From a virus: a stretch of 64,000 nt of DNA. This document shows, piece after piece, positions 35,843 through 46,800 of the stretch. The stretch lies in the IMG/VR virus record IMGVR_UViG_3300042988_001550, one strand, 5' to 3'. Position numbers and translations under genes: made by a program. Under the pieces are notes generated by a model that searched no databases, was not told the origin of the DNA, and saw nothing but the letters and a program-made list of their open reading frames with translations. Each line of letters opens with the position of its first letter. Position 1 is the stretch's first letter.

Positions 35843-37816
35843 ATGGCCGTAGTAGAAAATCCCAATAGATTCAGCCTTCCGGTAGAGACGACTATTCGTC
35901 AGCTGCTGCTGGAGAAGCACCCCAAGCTAAACACAGCGCCGGGCTCGGCCATTTATGATCTAATCATAACACCTGCCGCTATCATCCAGCAGCAGATGCG
36001 CGACCGCATGCGTGTAATCCAGCGCAACCAGTCAATCGCTAACTTCGCTACGATGCTCCCAGAGGAAATGGATCGTCTGGCATCTAACTTCTTCGTCACC
36101 AGAAGAAGCGGAAGTAAGGCTACTGGACAGCAGCGAGTCTATTTCTCTACGCTACAGAACGTGACGATTTCCACCAGCGCGCAGTTCACGGACGAGACCG
36201 GCCTAACGTTCAATCCGTCACAGAACGTCTTCGTTTCCGCAGCAACCCTGGCGCTGAACAACGTGCCAGAGACCGGCGAGTACTACGTAGATGTCCCGAT
36301 AGTGTCCGAAGAGGTAGGAGAGAACTACAGACTCAAGGCAGGACAGATTGTTAGAGTCTCGGGAATTTCTGGAGCCTCTAGAACGATCAACCTATACGAC
36401 ATGAGCGGTGGCTCGTATCCGGAATCTAATAGCGAGCTCTACGTCAGAATCAAGAAGTCGTTGGCATCCAGGGACACTGTCAAAGCAGACAGCATTCGCT
36501 CACTGATCCTGGACAACTTCCCGTCGATCAAAGACGTGATTGTGCAAGGGTACGGCGACACACTGATGACAAGAGATGTCGCCAGCGTCGTGATGTCTGT
36601 TGATCGGATGTTTGAAGGATCTTTCGCTCAAAAGACTAACCTACCGCTCAATGCTAACGGGGACGTTGTGTGGACAGACGATTCTGGTGAAGTGATCGTA
36701 GCACCTATCGGCGGATACGTCGGAGCGATCTACGACCTCACCGGTAAGGACTTTAACAACCTTCGTATATCACTCGACGGTCGAGCATACGAGAACATCT
36801 CAATCCAGCCAGGGTTCAAGGTTCGTTTCCTAGATGACGCAGACTCGGACAGTGGTAAGTACTTCTTGGTCACCAAAGTAGAGGAGGTGCCTGTAGAACC
36901 AGGCGGAGATCCTATCAAGGTGATTAGACTAGACAGACCACTAACGTCTCTGACATCCGCCAGCACCGCCGCTGACGGTGCGGAATACACCATCTACGGC
37001 CACGTCAATACAAACACTTTCCACATCGGCGGGAAGGTGGACGTGTACATTAAGTCGGTTGAGGACCAGACGAAGTCAGTTGTTATCGGATCACTCCCGG
37101 CTACGCACGGCGACGCTATCTGCGAAGTACCGCTAGACTCGTCGTTCATTAGTGAGACCGGTCAGAACTACTTTGAACAAGGTATCGGCTTTGATAAGCC
37201 GGTGATCACGATTGTCAAGGTTGAGGAGATCGATCCGGTCGAGAACGATAGCGTGGTGAGAACGCTGATTCCAGATGTACACTACCGCGTCATCCGCAAA
37301 GAAATGCGCGGACGGTTTACTACCGCAGTATCAGATGTTCTGCGAATTGAAGGGACAGACACGTTCGCAGAGTCGGGGATCACTATCCCGACCTTCACTG
37401 GGGCACGGATCAAGGTCACTTACGTGACTAACCCGGACATCAACCTTATTCAGGAGTACATCAATCTTCCCACCAACAGGGACATTACTGGTGACACACT
37501 CGTGCTGCCGCCAGAAGTGGTTCAGTTGAACGTGACAATGTCATACAAAGGATCTAGATCCGTTAATGAGCTGTCAGAGCTAGTATCCCGATTCATTCAA
37601 AGTAAGGGATTCGCTCCGACTATCAGCGTGAACGAGTTGCTAACTGTTCTCTCATATTTCGGCGTAACGGACGTTACATTGCCGGTACTGTTCACCGCTA
37701 TCAAAGACAACGGCGACGGTACGTATACAGTCACCAATAGTGAAGACCGTATTCAGCTAGAAAGCACGCAAGTGTTTAAACCGGTTGCACAGTTAGCAAT
37801 CACTAAGACAGCCTGA
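35843..37816 (+). CDS. putative baseplate/tail structural protein, 657 aa
   Basis: Its position immediately upstream of the giant fiber-like ORF, with ATGA coupling, suggests a baseplate wedge protein. Confidence 0.55.
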   Translation: MAVVENPNRFSLPVETTIRQLLLEKHPKLNTAPGSAIYDLIITPAAIIQQQMRDRMRVIQRNQSIANFATMLPEEMDRLASNFFVTRRSGSKATGQQRVYFSTLQNVTISTSAQFTDETGLTFNPSQNVFVSAATLALNNVPETGEYYVDVPIVSEEVGENYRLKAGQIVRVSGISGASRTINLYDMSGGSYPESNSELYVRIKKSLASRDTVKADSIRSLILDNFPSIKDVIVQGYGDTLMTRDVASVVMSVDRMFEGSFAQKTNLPLNANGDVVWTDDSGEVIVAPIGGYVGAIYDLTGKDFNNLRISLDGRAYENISIQPGFKVRFLDDADSDSGKYFLVTKVEEVPVEPGGDPIKVIRLDRPLTSLTSASTAADGAEYTIYGHVNTNTFHIGGKVDVYIKSVEDQTKSVVIGSLPATHGDAICEVPLDSSFISETGQNYFEQGIGFDKPVITIVKVEEIDPVENDSVVRTLIPDVHYRVIRKEMRGRFTTAVSDVLRIEGTDTFAESGITIPTFTGARIKVTYVTNPDINLIQEYINLPTNRDITGDTLVLPPEVVQLNVTMSYKGSRSVNELSELVSRFIQSKGFAPTISVNELLTVLSYFGVTDVTLPVLFTAIKDNGDGTYTVTNSEDRIQLESTQVFKPVAQLAITKTA

Positions 37817-40800
37817 TGAGCACGAACAAGTTCGATCCGACGCCGTTATTCGACGCGCTCCCGTCCTTTTGGAAGGATTACTACAAGGACAAGGATGTTC
37901 TATCGACTGTGTATGAGGCATTGCTTCGTATTCAGGAGATCGACTACAATCGACTGTTCACAGTAGATGATTCAAAAACGCTGTCGTCTGTCCCAGTACT
38001 GACTCGATACCCCGTTGTCTACGATCAACTGAATGATTGGGAAACAACTGGTCAGAAGCACGCACACACAAAGATCAGCGTAGCCTTCGATCCGACACTG
38101 GTTACGCCCTTTGACGCGACCACACAGTACTATAGAATCCGCTTCCCAGACACGATCTTCAAGTACGATTCCCAGCTCTACTTAGATGGCCGAGCAATCC
38201 CGGCATCCTTCTACACGAAGGTTTTCGAGCCGTACTATTCTGGAGAGTTCACAGACGGGGAAACAGTGGGAACAACTGTTTACCTGCACGCGCAGCGCCT
38301 AGCACAATTGTTCGCAAAGCCGCTGTCAACTGAAGACTATGAGCTGATCACAGAAGATCCCGACCAGTTCGATAACTACGGAAATGTGTCCGAAGACCCG
38401 GAAGCGTTCGCAGACTACGGCAATCTCGGGTGGAGCGCTATAGAAGCTGTAACAACAGCGACAATGTATGCGTTCAAGTCTGTTCTCCCACTGAAAGCCG
38501 TTACAGACGGCAGCACTTCTAGCTTTGAGCTTGATCTGTCCCCTCAGACGTTATCCACGGATGAGTCTACGGTAGTTGTAGAGAGCGTGGACGTGACTGG
38601 CCGTGTGGCCGTCTCGTATGATTCGGCGTATACCACGGTAACTCCGGTAGGCAGCTTCTCGTGGCAGACTGGCCAGACGTTCAAAGTGACTTGGCAGGAC
38701 GGAACCATCCAGCAGGTTAGCGCCGCCACTGGCCTTCCGATCTATCTAACCAAACTTGATCCGATAGCATCGGTCCAACTTCTAACAAACTTCCAGATCT
38801 ACCCGTCAGTAACGACGGTAGATATCAACGGGGTTTCGGTCGGAAACAACCAGCTGTACCCTGGAACGATCGTTCGAGTTGTGGACAGCGTCGGTACCCA
38901 AAGCGCCGTAATCACTGACGCAACTAACCGGGTCACGTTCGAAAGACCGATCGACACAAACACCGCCAAGGTGTTTTTCCACGGAATCGACCTGCTCTCT
39001 GTAGATCTGACCGAGACGGCTCTCGACTTCAACACGCCACCGAACAAGTCAGTAACACTGCGGATCGATGGTGTGATCTCGAACGATCACCAGCACGTAA
39101 CTGAAACATTTGATATCGAGGTTATCACCCGGAATATCGTCCTAGCGAACACTCCAGCGACCGGTGCGATGACCGGTAACGAGTCTGAATTCCTTCCGTG
39201 CAGGGTGTTTAAGGACGGTCAGCTGCTACTGGCCGGAACCGACTATTCGCTGGTCGGATCGATCCTTATTTTTGAAGAGGATTTGCTGCCTCCGTGCAAA
39301 GTCTCCGTGTACTACGAGATCAGCGGTGAGGTTGCGCATACGCACTACCACCAGGTTTTCCAGAACCTGGCGTCCAATAACCGACTAACCATTGATAGAG
39401 AGGTATCTGCCGATGATACGTTCGAACTATACTACGACTCCCTGCTTAATACACACCAGAGTCAGCTTGATCTGGTCGGCGGCAGAAGCATCACTCTTGA
39501 CAATGTCTTCCCCGAAAACATCACCATTGTTTTCCACGGTATTCAGCGCGGTTGGGCATATCGGCATGTTATTGCCGACCGCATGGATGCGCGATACGGG
39601 TATAGAGGACACGTCAAATCAATTGGCTTTATCCAAGACGGCCTTATTACGGCTTCCGCAACGCTCTCGTCGCAAGACGGGGACATTGCTGTAGTTGAGG
39701 AAAACGGCGATACAGTCCTCTACTCGAACACCAAAGTAATAGATGCGTGGATGTTCGATGTCGATGTAGACGAGCAGCTTATCAGCAATGTGTGGGGGGC
39801 TCTAGTAGATAACGTAGAAGCCTCCACAGATGACCAAGCTGTTCGTATTACGAGCCTCCTTGCCGCCGCTAGATCTCCAGCGTTTGTCGCTAACATGGAG
39901 AACTTCGGATCAATTGTACTAGGGTCCAGGTTTCTCGAAGAAGACGGCGTCTCTCTAGGAATCCGTACAGACGATAACGGAGACCGGGTTGTATCTATCC
40001 GTCCTACCGATACCCAGAGTGACAACTTCGACGTCCAGCTGATCGATGGCGCCGAGGTCCGCATAACGGACGGAAGCGTTCTCCCGCGCCTGTTCGCTGT
40101 CAATAAACTGCTCTCGGTTATTGACAAAGACCTGTCATCTGTTCCTTGGCTCGCCTTCATGGCTGAGTCATTGTCTAGCGACTTCAGGTTTGCTAAGAGA
40201 CTCGACGCAAAGACGTCTAAGAAGCTGACTAGTGACAACGGCCAGTTCGATCAGGTTACCGGAGTCCTAACGGACTATTCGATCAACTTCTATGAAGAAG
40301 AAGTTCGCGTAGGTGACCAGATCCGCCTCGAATTCGCTATCTTCGACTTCACTCTACCCGATAACCCTCTTGAAGAGAGAGATCCGGTTGTAGCGAACGT
40401 TCTGGAAGTAATCAATCCTAACCAGATACGTATCAAGTCCCCAGAGATTGTCGACATCGCCGGATTCGGAGAAAACTCTTACGGCTCCGGACCGTTCGGT
40501 GGCGGGATCTATACGCCGTCTCTCAGATCCTATACCGTCTGGACACGTGTAACTAGGAAGCTAGACAGCTTCTATAAGCTCGACACCGCCCTAGCATCCG
40601 CCCAAGCGTTTGTGTCTGGTGAGGACGTTCAGCTGACGAACGAGGAGCTAGCTAAGCTCTTAAGACACCACGTCTTCGTTCTGAAGCTCAATTGGGATCG
40701 TATGGTATCAGCTGAGCAGCTGGCGACGTTGCAGCAGCTGATCAGAACCCTAAAGCCCGCTAAGACGACGGCTCTGGTGTATACCGAACTGGAAGATGGT

Positions 40801-43800
40801 AATGGTATTGCAGAGACGCTGGGATCTGAGCTAACAGAAGGTTCGCCTGAGCTAAGTGTTGCAGGTGATCGAGTAGCAGATGAGTTCTACACTGGAACCA
40901 GTTATCTTGGTGCGGATTACAGAACGCAGTCTTCCACAAACACGCTGCTCTACGATCCCGCCTCGTTCACTGTGGGACCGGCAGCATTCGCCCTTACTAA
41001 CGAACCCGACCTAGTTCCTAAGGACTCGCAGTACTACCTGACAGCTTCCAGAAACAGCATGATTGATGCTGGATCTGCCTGGGCAACTCTATACTCAGGT
41101 CAGCACGGTCTGGAAGGATTACTCCTCAAATCGACTCTAGTCACTGGGGTAGCCTCTTATGAGGTGTACCCCGTGTTCGGGTACCGCCCCAACGGGTTTG
41201 CTATCGAGTTCAACGGACAGCGCCGCCTGAACGTACCGTGGGTCTATCTAGCTGACGACTTCACGTTCCGCACATGGATGACGGTTCCCAGCGGCTCAAT
41301 TGGCGCTGGAGAAAGCCCGCAACTTCTAGCTCTTGGAAGCACAGGATTCCGTATCGGTCTTGGGTATGTGTCTGCATCGACATATGAAGTGGCGATCTAC
41401 CCGAGCCCGTCGCAGAGAATTGTTGTTGCTGAGTTCTCACCAGACACTGAGACATTCCTTTCAGTGACCTATCGCGAAGATGACAGTCAGTTTGAGACGA
41501 TCATCGCTGGTGGTAGGAACGGAAGCGGCACTACTTCTACGGATGCCGGCGTCACCGCGTCGTTCACTGGAACGCTGTTCCTTGGTGCTGGAAATACTGA
41601 TCCGATTCAAGACTCTGGTATCACCGCCACACTCGACGAGACAGTTCTGCTAGGCAGAGCAGCGTCTCCTGAGGAAGTTGCGTCGTGGTACTCTACCCGA
41701 TATTGGAGCGGTCCGCTGGGCGTCAGCGCTAACGGCTCTCCGCTATCCGAGCTGGGCGCGCAAATCGTCCTTCACTTCGATAAGGAAGACGCCCTTAGCA
41801 CCACGGTGTTCGATTACTCTGGAGAAGGTAATAACCTCTCGAAAGAGTCTGACGATGTTGATGACCTGGACAGCGACTGGTTCGTTTCTGGAATCATCGA
41901 CACGCCGCTGCCGTCTGAGAAAGACTACTTCCAGCTCGATCGTCGCGGCTACTACATCACGGATGGTAGAAGAGTAACCATTCCTGTCCTCGACGAGGAT
42001 GGTGTTCCGACTACGGTGGAATACACCGCCCGTTCTGGTGAAATCGCATACACCGCTCCCAATGTCGCTTACTACTTCACAGGGAGTAGCTGGCTCAAGG
42101 TAGATGCTTTCCCGTCCACCAGCTCGTCAGCCGTCAGCGTTAACCGCTGGACCGGACCTTATCAAGGGTTCTTTGAGAACGGGTACATTGACCCCAACAA
42201 CCAGGTTCGTTCTAGCGTCATACGGTTTGATGCAACACTCGGAACTGATCCCGCGTTCAAGTTCTCAGCTAAAAACAATGCCGCTATCAGCTCGATCAAG
42301 ATCGGCGGTACCGAGATCCTCGAAGTAGACACGAAAGCCGACATCGTCCAGCAACGTTGGGAAGTCGGTAACTCTTTCGTTCTTGCGGAAGCTGGTGCAG
42401 ATAACCAATCACCGAGAGAACAGTCGCTCTCCAGATACGTGTCGTCTACCTTCACCACAACTGGTGGAGTGGTTAGATCTTATCCAGCGTTCTCGCAGCT
42501 ATACACAGAGGTAAGCCCACCGCTAGAAGCGTCAGGCGACCTCTTCACGAAGCGGGTGAAGCTCGGCGTTGTAAACAACAATCACATTCTAGAGATAGAA
42601 TCATCGCTACAGCCGTATGCCTCGCTAAACAACGCTTACGTCGGCTGGGTCTATCAGCTGAGCCTATCTGATGCGCTGACCGAGGCGTTCTCTTTCCAGG
42701 TAGGGACTCAAGGTGCTGGTTACGGCCAGCCGATCTATCTTGGTAAGGCTGAGGAATCGGATAATCAGATCGAGACCACCTTTAAGGGCGGGGTCATTCT
42801 GACGAGTGTAGACAGAACGCTGGCAATCGGTATCTACCACCACGGACCGAGCAGACCGAACTACCGTATCGCCACTGATATCGAGTATCTGAGTACCCCG
42901 AACAGGGTTCTGCTGTCGTCTACGGAATACATCAGAAACTCTGGCGGCGTGGCCGGAGAGATGAGCAAGAAGCGCTATATCTGCGCCGGTAACTTTGTCG
43001 AAGTGGTATCGGCATTCGCGGAGCTGTATGCGCACCTGGAAGGACTTCCGGCTCCGACCTTCTCCTTCCCGGCGATAGCAATGCAGGCGGCTATTACCTC
43101 GCCGCTTAACCAGAACATCCTACTGAACCAGACAGTTGATTTTAACGTTCGCGCCATCAGTGCCTACGGAACGATCGACGCGCTGTACGCGGAGGATGTG
43201 ACAGCGACGGTTACCGACATTACAACCGGAACAGCTACGGACTACGTGGAGACGTTCGTTAACGGCGTGGCCGACTTCTCGGCTATACCGATGACGCAGA
43301 ACGGCTCTAAGTCAGTGTTCCTCACCAGCGGTTCGCTGCAGCCGGCTACTCTTTCACTAGATGTGTGGTGGCCTAAGCCTATCATCACTAGTATCACGCC
43401 CACTACAAGTGTTACCGGTACAGCGGACACTACCGTTCGGATCTTTGGCTCGCAGTTCTACTCTCCTCACGTAGCACAATGGCGGGCACCTGGATCAAAT
43501 ACATGGGTTGACCAAACAACCACATACGTCAGTCCTGGAGAGGTGCAGTTCTCTCTGCTGACCAGCATGAAGACGGTCGGTCGTCACGTGATTCGTGTAT
43601 CGACGCCGAGACTGCTGGGCGCTATATCTAACTCGGTGTTCCTACAGGTAACTGCGTCCGCGCCGGTATGGTCTCCGCACTACCTGTCGATCGACACCTA
43701 TCCGTCGACAACACTAATCAATTCCAGTAATCAGTACGCTGTGTCTCTAAGACACAGCCCGTCTGGTAACCTGGCCACAATCAACAGCGGTCGCGTAACA

Positions 43801-46800
43801 CTGACTGCTCAGCCGACTGGCTCGTTTACTGGAACCATGAGTGCGTGGGCATCGCCGGTTAACGGTGTCGCTCTGATTAACGGCTCAGTCAACAAGGCAG
43901 GTATCTACGACCTCCGCGCGGTCCACTCGCCACTGTCCGGTGGAGCAGCTAGAACGGACGTAGAGTATGCTGTACTTACTGTACAGAACCCGGACCCGGT
44001 TCTTAGCCGAGTGTCTCCGCCGTGGTTCTCACCTGAAGCGGCGTCTTTTGACGAGTTCCGGCTATTCGGCGCGAACTTTATCCAGAACGACAGTGTTGTA
44101 GAGTTCTGCCTTACTTCGCCGAACCACCCGAGCTTCTCTGGTTGGACAACCAGAACGACGGTATTTGATACCAGCTCTCAGATAATCGGTTATCTCACGA
44201 CCGGTGACATTGCATACGACTCGACAGAGAGATACAGATATGCGAGAGTGTCTACACGATACTCTGTGTCTGGCCTACCTTCAGCGTCAGTAAGCATTCT
44301 CGTGTCCCCCACCGCCGGAGTTCCGCCGGTCCCGACAGTATACAGCCCGTTCTTCCTAGGTGAAGTCGTCGAAGTCGGGTCGCTCACGTACAACGATCAG
44401 TTCGTTAACGAGACGGTCGACGTTCTAGTTCCTGTACTACACTCACTCATTCCGCTAGTATCGGCGTCAACAGCAACCGGATTGGTTAGAGTGGTGGCTT
44501 CCCCAGAGCTTCCTGAGTACACTGGCTCAGGCTCGGATAGCGCTGTTCCGCAAGTCGGCAACCAGATCGCCTTCCTATCTCCTCAGATATCGTCGTACGG
44601 TAGATATCGTCTATCCGCGACATACTCCCCCGGCGTCGGTGAGACAGCGGTTGTCGGTTCAGCCAGTGATTACTTCAACGTCTATCTAAGACCCGCCACG
44701 ATTAGCCGCGTGTCCCCGGTCATAACGAGCCCGCTCGGAACGCAGACGATCACGATCACTGGCGCAGGCTTCAACGTATCGAACAAGGTTTACCTGACGA
44801 ACGCCACCGCTAGCACGACTGTAACAGCTAGCCCGTCCTTCACGTCGGCTCAGAGCATTTCGTTCCAGCTATCCCCAGGAAACTACACAGGACAGCAGGA
44901 TCTTCTGCAGATCCAGGTAGGTACGCCGACTTGGAGCTACGCACTATCAAACAGTAGTTACCTAACACTGTATCCGACACCTAGCACCTACACGGTGTCT
45001 CTAAACCCAGACGTAAACAATCCGCCGCCTATCCTGACACAGACGATCGTTGTCGGAAACACGCTACCGACGATCGACGCACATGTCTTCGATAACGCCG
45101 GACAGCCTGCAACGTCTGTAACTGGCTTAGTGTCCCTCGCCATCACCAAGACCACAGGCGGTGTGGCTTACAGCGGAGCAGATTCGCCGGTCAACGGCTA
45201 CGCCTCCTTCTCTGGTATCACCGCTCCGGCGGCAGGTATCTACAACATCTCGGCTGAGTTCTCTCCGACCGGCGGAACTCCTGTAACAGCAGACGAGATC
45301 CAGTTCTACTCGCTAAACCCCGTCGGATACGCTACAAGCGTAAGCCCATCCACATTCGCGGCCAACGGTGTTCCGAGAACGATTAAGGTGTACGGCCAGA
45401 ACTTCCTTTCTGGAAGCACCGCTGTCCTGGTTAACGGAAGCGAGTCGGCTGCGTTTGTGCAGACAGTACACAGCCCGAAGGCGCTCACAGCAACACTAAG
45501 TACGTTCGCTTCTAACAGCGTCGGTACTCATCAGATCTCTATCAAGACGCAGTTTGCTGCTCCTGGCGGGCAGCCAGCTTATAGTGGTGTTTCTGTTCCT
45601 CTAACCATCACAGCTAACCCGTCGGCTCCAGCCGCTGGATCTGAGGAGAACCTGCCTGCTACCATCATCGTCTCTCCTCTAGGATATGCGAGAGTACGTT
45701 CACCTTCCGGACCAATCACGCCGATCTGGACACCTGTAGCTGTTCCAGGACAGGATCGCGGTAGCGATAGCCTGTGGCAGGCGTGCATCAATCGCGTTGG
45801 CCAGTACAACACGGCCAATCCTCCCGGTACTATCCAACCTACAGCGACCAGCCCCGGCGCTGCGGACGTGGTTGAAGTCACAGCCGGTATGTACTCTCAC
45901 GTCAAGTTCTACACCGGGAATGCAAGCGGTCCCCACGAGACAACAAACGCACAGGCTAGAGGACTCAGCCTAAGACAGCCCCTTATCATTCGTGCACGCA
46001 AGACTAACGGTGTTGCCGAGCCTGTAGTTATTCGCCCCTTCTCGTTCATCGACCCAGCAGACACGACATACGCGTGCATAACCTTCCAGGCAACACCAAC
46101 GTACAAGCCTGGCTTCATGCACTTCTACGATATTGGTTTCATGGGACGTCACTACGGTGTCGAGCATGTTCGATCAACGAACATGACCGGCTCGGTGGAC
46201 TACTACTATGAAGATCATCAGTTCCATCGTTGCCGTATCCTCGGCACGTATGACCATCGAACAATAGCGTTGGCGCCGTATAGGGTGACTCAATCAACCC
46301 AAAGTAATGTCCTCACTAATCAGAAGCACTGGAATTACCTAGGTCAGGAACTAATTGCTCCATCAACTAGCCCGTCCAATAGCTTCTTATGGAGAATGGA
46401 TATTCCAGCAGACCAGGTACATCGGGCGCTACATAGAAACCGTTATTGCGTCAGTGTGCCGGTCACCAGTCCGGCAGATCTGAATCCATTGCCCACCTGC
46501 CTAGGGGTTGTAATCGGCGCGGCACCGTCTAGTGAGTTTGTTTACACATCTAGCCAGAGCGTCTCGACTAGCAAGCTAATTCACCTCGGCCTTGATAAGG
46601 GAACCGGCGGCTCACCGCACTATGTTGAGCTGACATTGATGGCAGACGGTGAAAACGGCGGCGCAGGTGTAGCGAATTCCCGGTCAAATGTCTCTGTATG
46701 GAGCGGTTCTTGGCAGCTTCTCACTGTTACAAACGGAGTGGTTCCTGTCGGCACCGTTTACGACAATACTAAGTACCCCTTGACTGGTAGAGTTATTGGC